This document shows positions 1 to 9,271 of a DNA stretch of 64,000 nt, piece by piece (positions within the stretch are counted from its first letter, which is position 1; each line of letters begins with the position of its first letter). The stretch is from Candidatus Woesebacteria bacterium. Lineage in GTDB: Bacteria; Patescibacteriota; Microgenomatia; UBA8517. The notes below the pieces were generated by a model. That model did no database searches, had not been told where the DNA came from, and was given only the letters and a program-made list of their open reading frames with translations. The stretch lies in contig CP058602.1 of the NCBI GenBank assembly GCA_013426185.1, positions 138,231 to 202,230 on the forward strand, written 5' to 3'. Made by a program: the position numbers and the translations under genes.

Positions 1-843
1 TTATCAAGAAAATCTTCAGGTCAGGCTGTGCTCCTTGTCATTTTGGGGATGGCAGTAGTCTTAACAATTGTTCTTTCTGTTGTCTCAAGAAGTGTAACTG
101 ATGTTTCGGTAACTAACGTTGAAGAAGGTTCTTCGAAGGCATTTTCAGCAGCTGAGGCGGGCATAGAAAGACTTTTAATTGGAGATGCTTCTTTCATATC
201 TAATCTTGACCTAGGCAATAATGCCTCTATTCAATCAGCTCAATCACTGGTTTTGGGAGAAGGAGAAACCTCTTTTGATTTTCCTGATACCTATAATTCT
301 GGCGATTTGGCTACTGTCTGGTTTGTTTCACACGATGACACCAATATTCAAAAGTTGAGCTGCACTGGCAAGCCTTGTTTTAATGGCACTAGTTTTTCTA
401 TTCACTGGAACGGCGATGTAGCCGTTGAGGTTTCTGTCTATTATGATACTAATGGAAGTTCTGGAGTAATTGCGTCAACTCCCAATTTTAGCGGTGTAAA
501 AGTAAAGCGCTTTGCTTTTGACCCTAATGCTACTAGGAGGAATAATAATAAGTTTAGTGCTACAATAGCATCTTCACAACAAGGCTACTCTTATTCCAGT
601 GGTGATATAAGTTTATCTGGCTTGACTAGGCCTCTTTTTGCTCGTGTTAAGTTTCTTTATGGGTCAGCTTCTGGTTTTAGGGTAACTACTGTTGGAGGTG
701 CTCTGCCTTCACAAGGGAGATTGTTGGTCTCAAAGGGTGCGGCAAGTAATGCTACAAGACAGATAGAAGTGCGTGATTATTATCGTGCTCCCATTGAGGT
801 CTTCGAGGCTGGAATTTTCAGCCAAGGTGATCTTACTAAATAA
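1..843 (+). CDS. Pilin-like / PilX-like pseudopilin, 5'-truncated at the window edge. The reading frame is open from nt 1; the ORF track starts it at GTG 28.
   Basis: N-terminal hydrophobic helix after a G (SSGQAVLLVILGMAVVLTIV) followed by a Ser/Thr/Gly-rich extracellular region. It sits immediately upstream of pilM-pilN-pilO. Confidence 0.4.
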   Translation, partial: LSRKSSGQAVLLVILGMAVVLTIVLSVVSRSVTDVSVTNVEEGSSKAFSAAEAGIERLLIGDASFISNLDLGNNASIQSAQSLVLGEGETSFDFPDTYNSGDLATVWFVSHDDTNIQKLSCTGKPCFNGTSFSIHWNGDVAVEVSVYYDTNGSSGVIASTPNFSGVKVKRFAFDPNATRRNNNKFSATIASSQQGYSYSSGDISLSGLTRPLFARVKFLYGSASGFRVTTVGGALPSQGRLLVSKGAASNATRQIEVRDYYRAPIEVFEAGIFSQGDLTK

Positions 844-854
844 ATTAACTTAAA

Positions 855-1877
855 ATGAGTGTTGGCATTGATATTGGTTCCAAATCTATTAAAGTAGTTG
901 AGCTTGAGAAAAAAAATAATAGCTGGTCTTTAAAAGGATCTGGCATTGTTGGCTATTCGGGAATACTGGTTGAAAATGCTAAGGAGGAAAAGGATCTCAT
1001 TCCTCTGGCGGAGATTATCAAAAAGCTCTTTAATGAAGCTAAAATCTCAAGGCGTGAGGTTTTTCTTTCCCTGCCTGAGCGTTTTGCTTTTGTTAAGGTT
1101 ATTACCTTTCCGCTTTTGACTAATCAAGAAATAGATGCGGCTTTAAAGTGGGAGGCTGACCAATATGTCCCCATTCCTCTTGAAGAAGCGATAATGCAAT
1201 ATCAGATAATTTTAAGAGACGAGAAATCTAACCCGCCTCAAGTAAAAGTGCTTTTGGTAGCAACTCGTCGTTCCTTGGTTGAGAAATATGTTCTCTTAGC
1301 TCAACTAGCAGGCCTTCAGGTTTTAGCTGTAGAAAATGAACTTTTATCACTATCACGAGTATTGGTTACGCAGGAAGATTTGTCTACGATTGTCAATTTT
1401 GGGGCGCTATCAACTGATATTGGAATTAGTAAGTCGGGAAAATTATGGTTTTCGCGTTCTATTCCGACAGGAGGCGATGCACTAACAAGAGCTATAGTTC
1501 AAGGATTAAGAATCGAACCAGCTCAAGCTGAAGAATATAAAAAGGCTTATGGTTTATCCTCCACTTTGCTTGAGGGAAAGGTAAGGTTAGCAATGGAGCC
1601 TGTGATGCAGTCTTTGGTGGGTGAAATAAAGAAGGCTGTTCAGTATTTTGTTTCTGAGAATCCCCAATTCGGTAAACCTAAACAGTTGATTGTCTCGGGA
1701 GGATTAACAAGTCTGCTGGATTTGATAGCCTATCTTACTAAAGAGTTTGATATGGAGATTTTGGTGGCTAATCCATTTTTGCAAATTCAGATTCCAGCAG
1801 AGTCTCAAAAAGTAATAGTTGATTATGCGCCCTTTTATAGCGTAGCTGTTGGTTTGGCTTTAAGAGAGAATATATAA
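855..1877 (+). CDS. pilM: Type IV pilus assembly ATPase-like protein PilM (actin-like fold)
   Basis: N-terminus MSVGIDIGSKSIKVVELEK is typical of PilM. The size (340 aa) and its position ahead of pilN/pilO fit. Confidence 0.8.
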   Translation: MSVGIDIGSKSIKVVELEKKNNSWSLKGSGIVGYSGILVENAKEEKDLIPLAEIIKKLFNEAKISRREVFLSLPERFAFVKVITFPLLTNQEIDAALKWEADQYVPIPLEEAIMQYQIILRDEKSNPPQVKVLLVATRRSLVEKYVLLAQLAGLQVLAVENELLSLSRVLVTQEDLSTIVNFGALSTDIGISKSGKLWFSRSIPTGGDALTRAIVQGLRIEPAQAEEYKKAYGLSSTLLEGKVRLAMEPVMQSLVGEIKKAVQYFVSENPQFGKPKQLIVSGGLTSLLDLIAYLTKEFDMEILVANPFLQIQIPAESQKVIVDYAPFYSVAVGLALRENI

Positions 1878-1879
1878 AA

Positions 1880-2401
1880 ATGGCAGAAATAAATCTATAT
1901 CCTGAAAAACAGAGACAAAGTATAAGTTGGTATAAATTTTCTCAATCTTTTAAAACAATAAATTTTGTTATTACCGTTATCTTTTTTGTGACAGCATTGA
2001 TTATAGTTGCTTTTATTATTTTGAATCAAAATGCTATTAATCAGGCTAAGGCTGAAGAAGATGATTATAGAAGTAGGTTAAAAGCTCTTTCTGGTGTTGA
2101 GTACCAATATATGTTTATTAAAGATAGAGCGGCAAAAGCTGATGAGATTTTAAAAGCAAGAAAGGTGGTTAAGAATCTAGAGGATATAAATTCGATTATG
2201 CAAAAAGTGGGCGATGTTAATTTGACAGAAGTTCAACTTGAAAAGAACAAGCTCTCAATCACCGCTACTGTGCCAGCTTTTTCCAGTCTTAAAACTTTTA
2301 TCTCAGAAATTAAATCTCTTGAATCCTACCAAAAAGTAATGATTGATTCCTTGAGTTTTAGTCCGGATAAAGGATATAGTCTGCAAATAAATTTCCAATA
2401 G
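1880..2401 (+). CDS. pilN: Type IV pilus assembly protein PilN
   Basis: Begins AEINLYPEK (matching the PilN INLLP motif) and has a single N-terminal TM helix. It directly follows pilM. Confidence 0.6.
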   Translation: MAEINLYPEKQRQSISWYKFSQSFKTINFVITVIFFVTALIIVAFIILNQNAINQAKAEEDDYRSRLKALSGVEYQYMFIKDRAAKADEILKARKVVKNLEDINSIMQKVGDVNLTEVQLEKNKLSITATVPAFSSLKTFISEIKSLESYQKVMIDSLSFSPDKGYSLQINFQ

Positions 2402-2404
2402 CTT

Positions 2405-3121
2405 ATGTTAACAGTCAAAAAAAATGATTTAGGAGCAAATTTGTCGAATTTAAGGGCGAATTCTTCTTTTGTTCCGTCTTTATACTTTTTGACAATAATA
2501 GTTCTCTTGGGTATTGTTCTTAAAGTGGGTATTTCTAAAATTAACGAGCAGAAAAGAACCTTAGCCGATATTAAAAGCAGAATATCTATCTTGGCGGATA
2601 AAGAAAAGACTCTTTCTCAAGCTAAAAATGACATGATAGGAATTTTCTATAATCCAGCAAGCATTGCTTTACCTACCGAAAATCCGGCTCTAGTTTCTTT
2701 TTCTGAAGCAAGGTCTCTTTTGAATTTATATCTTTTACCTATTGATGAATACAGTATTAATGTGGGTGGCGATGTTCAAGATCAGACAGTAGTGGGAACT
2801 ACGCAATTACAGTTTACTATCTTTGGAAAAATGGATCAGGTCTTAGCATTTCTCAAAGATCTAGAAAAAAATTCTCCTTTGACAGTAGTTAACAAGTTGA
2901 GTTTTTCAAACCAGAAAGATCTCTTAAATGTTGAGATTAGTATTAATTCATTCTTTAGTCCTTTTGTGGCTAGTAAAACTGCAGTTGATCTTCCTCTCCA
3001 AAAAATTACTGAGTCGGAAAAAAGCGTTTTGATGGATTTGGGAAATTTGAAGCAACCTACTTTTTCTAACCCTTCCCCCAATGGTCCTTTCAATAGAGAG
3101 AATCCTTTTTCGAGCCTTTAG
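2405..3121 (+). CDS. pilO: Type IV pilus assembly protein PilO-like
   Basis: Single TM helix followed by a coiled-coil region. It sits in the pilM-pilN-pilO order. Confidence 0.45.
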   Translation: MLTVKKNDLGANLSNLRANSSFVPSLYFLTIIVLLGIVLKVGISKINEQKRTLADIKSRISILADKEKTLSQAKNDMIGIFYNPASIALPTENPALVSFSEARSLLNLYLLPIDEYSINVGGDVQDQTVVGTTQLQFTIFGKMDQVLAFLKDLEKNSPLTVVNKLSFSNQKDLLNVEISINSFFSPFVASKTAVDLPLQKITESEKSVLMDLGNLKQPTFSNPSPNGPFNRENPFSSL

Positions 3122-3382
3122 TTAATTTTCTTGATTTTCAGAAACAACTTTAAGTATAATTCTCTTTTTCATTAAAGTTGCTTTTATCTTTAAAATTTGA
3201 GAAATAGATTTTATTACTTTTCCTCCCTTCCCAATCAAAATTCCAGCATCTTCAGAATTCGGCTTAATATAAAATGTGATAAGTCCATCTTCTGTTTCTT
3301 CTTTACTTATGGTCACGTCTTTACCAGGGATGATTGAAGAGATTATAAACTTGAGTAGTTCTTCCATATTATTACTTTCCAA
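3122..3382 (-). CDS. KH-domain RNA-binding protein (YlqC/UPF0109 family)
   Basis: Contains an IGKGGKVIKSI GXXG KH motif. It lies downstream of rpsP, as in the conserved rpsP-KH operon. Confidence 0.6.
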   Translation of the reverse strand: MESNNMEELLKFIISSIIPGKDVTISKEETEDGLITFYIKPNSEDAGILIGKGGKVIKSISQILKIKATLMKKRIILKVVSENQEN

Positions 3383-3593
3383 GCAGGTTTTTTACTGACT
3401 GATTAAGAACAGCTCCTTTTTTAAGCCAGTCTTCAAGTTTTTCTTGGTTAATTTTGAATTCTTTCTTGACCGGATTCCAAAAACCCAAAACCTCCCTTGG
3501 TTCCCCTTCTCTTTTTTTAGATTCGTCAATAGCAACAATACGATAAAATGGCTTGTTTCTTTTCCCCAACCTTGATAGCCTAATTTTGATCAT
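3372..3593 (-). CDS. rpsP: 30S ribosomal protein S16
   Basis: N-terminus MIKIRLSRLGKRNKPFYRIVA is the S16 signature. Confidence 0.85.
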   Translation of the reverse strand: MIKIRLSRLGKRNKPFYRIVAIDESKKREGEPREVLGFWNPVKKEFKINQEKLEDWLKKGAVLNQSVKNLLGK

Positions 3594-3624
3594 AGATACT
3601 TATTCTAACTTATTTAGCTTGAGA

Positions 3625-4305
3625 TTACAATAGTTTTAGTGCTTCTTGAGCTGCTTTCTGTTCAGCTTCGGATTTGCTTTTTCCTGATCCTTCGGCTATA
3701 TATTTGCCGTTAACTGCTACTCTTACTACAAATGTTTTTTGATGATCGGGACCTGATTCTTTGACTACATTGTATTTTGGCGCTGGCAGTCCTTTTGATT
3801 GGACTTTTTCCTGAAGCCTGCTTTTAGCGTCTTTCAACGGCTGCCTGATCATGTCCTGGGTCTTGGAAAGTATATTTGTTTTGATAAATTCTTCAGCTTT
3901 TTCTAGGCCTTGGTCAATAAACAAAGCTCCTATAATTGCTTCAACGGTGTCTGCCAAAAGCGAAGGATTTTCCCTGCCCCCTGTTTCTTCTTCTCCTTTT
4001 GATAAAAAAAGTTCTTTTCCAAGACCAAGATCTCTTGCTGTCTGGGAAAGGCTTACGGTATTGACCAAATTGGCGCGGAGAGAGGTAAGAAAACCTTCTT
4101 TTTTATTTGGGAATTGAAGAAAAAGTTCTTTTGAAACTATAAATTCTAAAATTGCGTCTCCTAAAAATTCCAATCTTTCGTTGTTATCTCTTATTCCAGG
4201 ATGTTCGTTAACCCAGGAGCGGTGAGTAAGGGCCTCTTCAATAATTTTGGGGTTGTTGAAGCTTCTTTTTAAATTTTGAAAATCTTGGGAATTATTCATT
4301 GTCAA
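3625..4305 (-). CDS. rnc: Ribonuclease III
   Basis: ERLEFLGDAILEF RNase III signature, plus a C-terminal dsRBD (GSGKSKSEAEQKAAQEAL). Confidence 0.85.
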   Translation of the reverse strand: MTMNNSQDFQNLKRSFNNPKIIEEALTHRSWVNEHPGIRDNNERLEFLGDAILEFIVSKELFLQFPNKKEGFLTSLRANLVNTVSLSQTARDLGLGKELFLSKGEEETGGRENPSLLADTVEAIIGALFIDQGLEKAEEFIKTNILSKTQDMIRQPLKDAKSRLQEKVQSKGLPAPKYNVVKESGPDHQKTFVVRVAVNGKYIAEGSGKSKSEAEQKAAQEALKLL

Positions 4306-4591
4306 CTAAATATTCTATCAATTCTCCAACAGTTTCCACCTCTTCATTAAAGATGTTTTCATCAATATTAAAGTCTTTTTCATTCATAAGTTGGATAAAA
4401 TCTGCTATTTCAGCAGGTCCCATATGCAAGTCTTCGATGAAAGAATCTTCAGCTTGGATATCCGTATAATCAGTTCCCAGAACCTGAGAAAGCAAAACAC
4501 GGATTATGTCAAAATATTTTTTATTCTTTTTTTCGTCTCTCATTTTATTTTTCTTTGTTTGATTTTTGGTAAATAAAACCCAAGACTCCAT
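4292..4591 (-). CDS. Acyl-carrier-protein-like small acidic protein. The true start is probably an internal Met.
   Basis: An EDSFIEDL segment resembles the ACP phosphopantetheine-attachment motif (DSL). The protein is acidic and helical, about 75 to 99 aa. Confidence 0.45.
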   Translation of the reverse strand: MESWVLFTKNQTKKNKMRDEKKNKKYFDIIRVLLSQVLGTDYTDIQAEDSFIEDLHMGPAEIADFIQLMNEKDFNIDENIFNEEVETVGELIEYLVDNE

Positions 4592-4907
4592 TTACAAAGG
4601 AAGCTGAGTTTTCGCTACCAAATTCTTTGGCCAGTTCTACCGCTTCGTCAATGATAACTTTTGGCGGAGCATCTTCTGTAAGCATCTCGTAGACCGCTAG
4701 TCTTAAGATTGCCAAATCGATTTTATTTAGCTTGTCAATTGGCCAAAGTGGTGCACTTTCGCTAATCAATTTATCAATTTCTTCTCTTTTGTCAAGAATA
4801 TCTTTTACAGATTTATTAAAATTTGGCTGGTGAGCAAATTCTTCAGCAAAAAGAAGCTTTACTATTTCTCTTCTTTTTTGGTGCCTTGGATCACGGTAGG
4901 ATTTCAT
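4545..4907 (-). CDS. nusB: Transcription antitermination factor NusB
   Basis: Size and sequence resemble NusB (RHQKRREIVKLLF... LAILRLAVYEM). Confidence 0.7.
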   Translation of the reverse strand: MKSYRDPRHQKRREIVKLLFAEEFAHQPNFNKSVKDILDKREEIDKLISESAPLWPIDKLNKIDLAILRLAVYEMLTEDAPPKVIIDEAVELAKEFGSENSASFVNGVLGFIYQKSNKEK

Positions 4908-5134
4908 TCCTAGCTATACATCTGACAATTTTCGCAAAGCTTGTGTGGCAGTTTGAGCTTTTTGCAATTAGGGCAAACGACCAAGTTAGGCAAAAGAATC
5001 TTGTTTGATGAACTATTTAATCTTTTGCCGCTTCGGCTTCTTGTATGTTTTCTTTTAGGTAAAGGTGTCATACAGGGTATTTTATCCCTTTTAGTGCTTC
5101 TAATGCAACTGGCAAATGAGGCAGAGGTGTCAAG

Positions 5135-5508
5135 AATAGGTAAAAGGCAAGAGGTAAAAAAGGTAAAAGGTAAAAGAGTTCGGCTATCGAATATCAGACG
5201 TCAGATATCAGACATCGGACGTTGGCTGTCAGATGTCGGACATCAGCCATCAGCTGTCGGATGTCGGAATTTAGTTGGAGCTAGCCGAAGCCGGACGAAA
5301 GATTGTATTTAGTATTTTGTATTATGTATTATGCAGGAGAATGCATTGTCCCCATAATACATAATTCATAATACTAAATTCAGTGTTCATAATCTGTTTC
5401 TAATTTGTAAAATTGGAAAATTGTAATTTGTTTAGAATTTAGGATTTAGAAATTAGAATTTAGTTCTTGTGATTTGTATATTGCAATTTGGATTTTGTAG
5501 TTTGTAAT
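5135..5508. repeat. Mosaic intergenic repeat copy R1 (modules A-B-C-E), in the same orientation as R5 and R6
   Basis: Contains (GGTAAAAG)n, the iteron-like block ATCAGACATCGGAC...CAGCTGTCGGATGTCGGA, the core GATTGTATTTAGTATTTTGTATTATGTATTATGCAGGA and an AT-rich TTTAGAA/TTTGTAA heptamer array. Confidence 0.8.
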
Positions 5509-7518
5509 TTACACTATTCCTTCTTCTATTTCTTCAATTATCTTTTTATACTTTTTTCTATTTTTAAAGATATCCTCGGCAACTTCTCTTGCTTTTTTGA
5601 TTATCTCAAAATCAGACCAGCTGCCGGCTCTAAGCTCAGGAAAACCGTGTTGCCTTATTCCCCATACTTCTCCTGGGCCTCTTAATTTTAAGTCAATCTC
5701 TGCTAATTTAAATCCGGACGACTCTTTTCTCAATGCTTCTAAGCGTCTGTAGACCCTTTGGGAAGGGTTTTCACTAAAAAGTAAACAGTATCCTTTCTTT
5801 TCACCTCTTCCCACCCTACCCCTTAGTTGGTGAAGTTGGGCAAGACCAAATCTCTCAGCAGCTTCAATAATCATGATATTTGCGCTTGGAATATCAATTC
5901 CTACTTCAACAACAGGGGTTGATACCAAAATATTAATTTTGCCCTCTTTGTAACTTTTAATTATTTCGTCTTTTTCTTTGTTTTTTAATCTGCCGTGAAG
6001 AAGACCTACTTTAAAATTTTTAAATATTTTTTTAAGTTTCAAAAATTCTGATTCGGCAGCCTTTATTTGCTGCATTGATTCTTTTTCTGACTCTTCAATA
6101 AGAGGACAGATAATAAAAACCTGGTCTTTGTCTTTTTCTATTTTTTCTTTTATCCAGTTGTAAGCACCTGCTCTTTTTTCCTCGGGGACTATCCAGGTAA
6201 CAACGTCTCTTTTTCCTTTGGGCATCTCTTCAAGTAAAGAAAGATCTAAATTGCCGTAGGCGGTTAAGGCTATCGTTCTTGGAATAGGGGTAGCTGTCAT
6301 TGTTAAAATATGTGGCTGATATTTTTCTTTTTTTGTTTTTTCTACAAGTTTTGCTCTTTGTTTAACTCCAAATTTGTGCTGCTCATCAATTACGACAAGA
6401 GCGACATTTTCAAAATCTACACTTTTATGAATTAAAGAATGTGTTCCAATAATAACGTCTGCATTTTCTGGGTCAATTTTTTCAGAAGCGGTAGCAAGAC
6501 CTATTTTCATTCCTGTTTTTTCAAAAATTTCTTTGAAAGTTTTGTAATGTTGTTTGGCTAGAATTTCTGTTGGGGTCATCAAAACGGCTTTCTTTTGGTT
6601 TTTAAAAGCAACAAAAGAAGCAAAGGCGGCAACTACTGTTTTTCCACTACCAACATCTCCTTCAAGGAGTCTATTCATTGGATAATTTCTTTTGAGGTCG
6701 CTTGCTATTTCTTTGATGCTTCTTTCCTGGCTGGGGGTAAGATTGAAAGCAAGCAAGGATTTAAATAAGTTGTAAGTTTCCCCATCGCTTTTTAGAGGGT
6801 ATGAAAAGTTATTTTTTTGCCAGTTGATCTTTTTTGCAAGACTTGTGATTTGAAGTCTAAGGAACTCTTCAAAAGCCAGTCTTTCTCTTCCTAACCTTGC
6901 TTCTTCTTCGTTTTTTGGAAAGTGGACAAAGTGATAGGCTTTGCCAATTTTAGGATAACCAAGTTTTTTTAAAGTAGAGCTTGGAAATTTTTCTTCTATT
7001 TGGTCTTGATAAATTTCAAGAGCTAGTTTAATTTTGCTTCTGAACCATTTTGAACTCAAGCCTTTGGTTGAGCTATAAAGCGGAACTAATCTTCCTGTAT
7101 GAATTTTGCCTTTAATTTGGCTCTTTTCGTATTCGGGAGAAATAAGAGTTTTTTTACCTCTAAAAAGGCTGACTTTTCCGGCAAAGGAATACTTTTGGTT
7201 TTTCTTGATGTTTTGGACAAGAAAAGGTTGATTAAACCAGACGATGTTTATTCTACCCGTATTGTCCTCAATTAGTGCATTTTGCATAGTGAGACCTCTT
7301 CTTGTGTAAATATTTTTGATTTCTAAAACTTTGCCTGAAATGGTTACAATTTCATCTATATTGGCTTTTGCAATTTCAACTTGCTTGGTGAAGTCAAGAT
7401 AGCGGTAAGGAATGTAGGAAATAAGGTCAGATATTGTTTTGATGCCTATTTTTTCAAGTAATAAGGCATAATGATAACCTATTGAAGGCAGTTTGGTTAC
7501 AGAATCTTCTAAATCCAT
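5509..7518 (-). CDS. recG: ATP-dependent DNA helicase RecG
   Basis: Contains DEQHKFGV (DEAH box) and a GSGKT Walker A. N-terminal wedge region and C-terminal helicase domain; 669 aa. Confidence 0.85.
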   Translation of the reverse strand: MDLEDSVTKLPSIGYHYALLLEKIGIKTISDLISYIPYRYLDFTKQVEIAKANIDEIVTISGKVLEIKNIYTRRGLTMQNALIEDNTGRINIVWFNQPFLVQNIKKNQKYSFAGKVSLFRGKKTLISPEYEKSQIKGKIHTGRLVPLYSSTKGLSSKWFRSKIKLALEIYQDQIEEKFPSSTLKKLGYPKIGKAYHFVHFPKNEEEARLGRERLAFEEFLRLQITSLAKKINWQKNNFSYPLKSDGETYNLFKSLLAFNLTPSQERSIKEIASDLKRNYPMNRLLEGDVGSGKTVVAAFASFVAFKNQKKAVLMTPTEILAKQHYKTFKEIFEKTGMKIGLATASEKIDPENADVIIGTHSLIHKSVDFENVALVVIDEQHKFGVKQRAKLVEKTKKEKYQPHILTMTATPIPRTIALTAYGNLDLSLLEEMPKGKRDVVTWIVPEEKRAGAYNWIKEKIEKDKDQVFIICPLIEESEKESMQQIKAAESEFLKLKKIFKNFKVGLLHGRLKNKEKDEIIKSYKEGKINILVSTPVVEVGIDIPSANIMIIEAAERFGLAQLHQLRGRVGRGEKKGYCLLFSENPSQRVYRRLEALRKESSGFKLAEIDLKLRGPGEVWGIRQHGFPELRAGSWSDFEIIKKAREVAEDIFKNRKKYKKIIEEIEEGIV

Positions 7519-7635
7519 TCTTTAAAATTTTAAGCCATAAACCAAAAGCGGTAGTATGGAAGAAAGAATGAGACCAAGAGTGGTGATAATAACTAGAATT
7601 ATAATGAGTTTGCGTCTTTTGTTTTTGCCCATAAT

Positions 7636-8778
7636 CTAGTTGACTGTGGCGAAAATTTTCTTGCCTATTTTTATTTTGTCTCCTGCCTTTATCTTTGCCA
7701 AATAATTTTTAACTGTTTTTCCATTGACATCAACTGAACCACTACTTATGAGTCTTTTAGCTTCTGATTTGCTACCAAGAAGCGGAAAAATGGTCTCAAG
7801 TAAATTTTCGTTTAGCTTTATCTTAAGATCGTATGTCGGATTTTTTAGCTGAAAGTCTTTTTCAAATTTTTCTTGAGCTTGCCTTGCTTTTTCTTCGCCG
7901 TAGATTATTTTTACTACTTCAAAAGCTAGTCTTTTCTTCTGATTCAGGGGATCATTCTTAATTTCTCTTTCTAATTTAGCAAGTTCTAATTCGGTAAAAA
8001 GCTCAAACGCAGTCATTAGCATTTGGTCAGGAAAAGCCATTACTCCTCCAAATATTTTTTCAGGGGGTTCATCAAGGAAAATAGCATTGCCTTCCGTCTT
8101 TCCAACTTTTTTACCTTCTTTATCTTCAAGAAGTTTTATGGTGAGGACGTATTTTTCTCTGCCAGTTAAAGCTTTCACTAGCTGGCGCCCGGCCATCATG
8201 TTAAACAATTGGTCAGAGCCTCCTATTTCAAGATCAACCCCTAATTTTACGCTGTCAATTGCCTGGGCGACAGGATAAAGAAACTCATGAAGGTAAATTG
8301 GGTTTTCTCTCTTGATTCTTTCCTGAAACATATCCCGTTCTATCATTTGTTGAACTGTAAAATTGCTTGTAATTTCGATCAAGTCAGAGAAAGTTATTTT
8401 TTCATTCCATTCGGAGTTATATTTGATTTCAGCTTTGTTTTCTCCTTTGAAATCTATGATCTGACTAATGGTCTTAAGCCAACCTTTTAGATTCTCTTCG
8501 ATTTCCTTCTTACTAAGCTGTTTTCGTGCTGATATTTTGCCTGTAGGATCACCAATTCTGCCTGTAAAATCGCCAATTAGAAAGATTACCTTATGCCCTA
8601 ATCTTTGGAATTGTTTTAGTTTTATGGTTCCAGCTAAGTGTCCAAGGTGGAGTGATTTGGCAGTAGGGTCAAAACCTTGATAGAGAGTTATTTTTCTTTC
8701 ACTCATTAACTTCTCTAGACCCTCTTTTGAAGGTAAGACTTCTTCTACTCCTCTTTCGAGTACTTCTTTTATTTCCAT
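7636..8778 (-). CDS. tyrS: Tyrosyl-tRNA synthetase
   Basis: HLGH class I HIGH motif, a KVGKT KMSKS-like motif, and a C-terminal S4 domain (KRLISSGSVDVNGKTV). Confidence 0.75.
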   Translation of the reverse strand: MEIKEVLERGVEEVLPSKEGLEKLMSERKITLYQGFDPTAKSLHLGHLAGTIKLKQFQRLGHKVIFLIGDFTGRIGDPTGKISARKQLSKKEIEENLKGWLKTISQIIDFKGENKAEIKYNSEWNEKITFSDLIEITSNFTVQQMIERDMFQERIKRENPIYLHEFLYPVAQAIDSVKLGVDLEIGGSDQLFNMMAGRQLVKALTGREKYVLTIKLLEDKEGKKVGKTEGNAIFLDEPPEKIFGGVMAFPDQMLMTAFELFTELELAKLEREIKNDPLNQKKRLAFEVVKIIYGEEKARQAQEKFEKDFQLKNPTYDLKIKLNENLLETIFPLLGSKSEAKRLISSGSVDVNGKTVKNYLAKIKAGDKIKIGKKIFATVN

Positions 8779-8814
8779 TAATTTATTTTAACTCAAATTA
8801 TCAGGAGAGTAAAT

Positions 8815-9255
8815 GAGACTAGAACAAAGAACAAAGGGGAAAATCACAAATTCCAAATCACAAGATCCAAATACTAAATTCTAATATCTAAATTCTAAGC
8901 CCTGAACCAGAATAAATTCGATTCAGGGCAAGCAAATTCCAAATCACAAATTCCAAATTACAAAAAAAAATTCCAACTTTTAACTTTTAACTATTTTTTA
9001 ATTTTGCTTCCTACTTACTACATTCTACTTTCTACTTTCCTTTCCTGCATAATACATAATACAAAATACTAGATACAATCTTCCGACCAGCTCCGACTAA
9101 ATTCCGATAGCCGACAGCTGATGGCTGATGTCCGACATCCGATAGCCGACATCCGATATCAGACAGCCGATATCTCTGGCGTCTGCTCCTTTCTACTTAC
9201 TACGTTCTACTTTCTACTTGAGTTTCTTTTAACTTTAAACTTACTCCCGTCTTGT
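8815..9255. repeat. Mosaic intergenic repeat copy R2 (reverse orientation relative to R1), with an embedded hairpin GCCCTGAACCAGAATAAATTCGATTCAGGGC at 8899-8939
   Basis: Reverse complements of the R1 modules are present, plus two direct copies of CTACTTACTAC(A/G)TTCTACTTTCTAC flanking the core. The copy sits between the divergent tyrS and PBP starts. Confidence 0.8.
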
Positions 9256-9271
9256 ATGGTAAAATATTTTA

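Noticed and set aside
4941-5312. ORF-track CDS 4941-5312 (+), 123 aa
   Set aside because: It lies entirely in the nusB upstream region and repeat copy R1. The low-complexity translation is forced by the repeat. No RBS, start context or motif supports it.
7520-7633. 36-aa hydrophobic ORF immediately downstream of tyrS (minus strand, MGKNKRRKLIIILVIITTLGLILSSILPLLVYGLKF)
   Set aside because: It is plausible as a micro-protein, but it is too short to support from sequence alone. It overlaps the tyrS stop region and has no conservation evidence.
8779-9270. T-box leader upstream of tyrS
   Set aside because: I looked for the conserved T-box sequence (AANNNGGGTGGNACCGCG, which would be CCACCC on the plus strand) upstream of the minus-strand tyrS and found none. 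The region is occupied by repeat copy R2.
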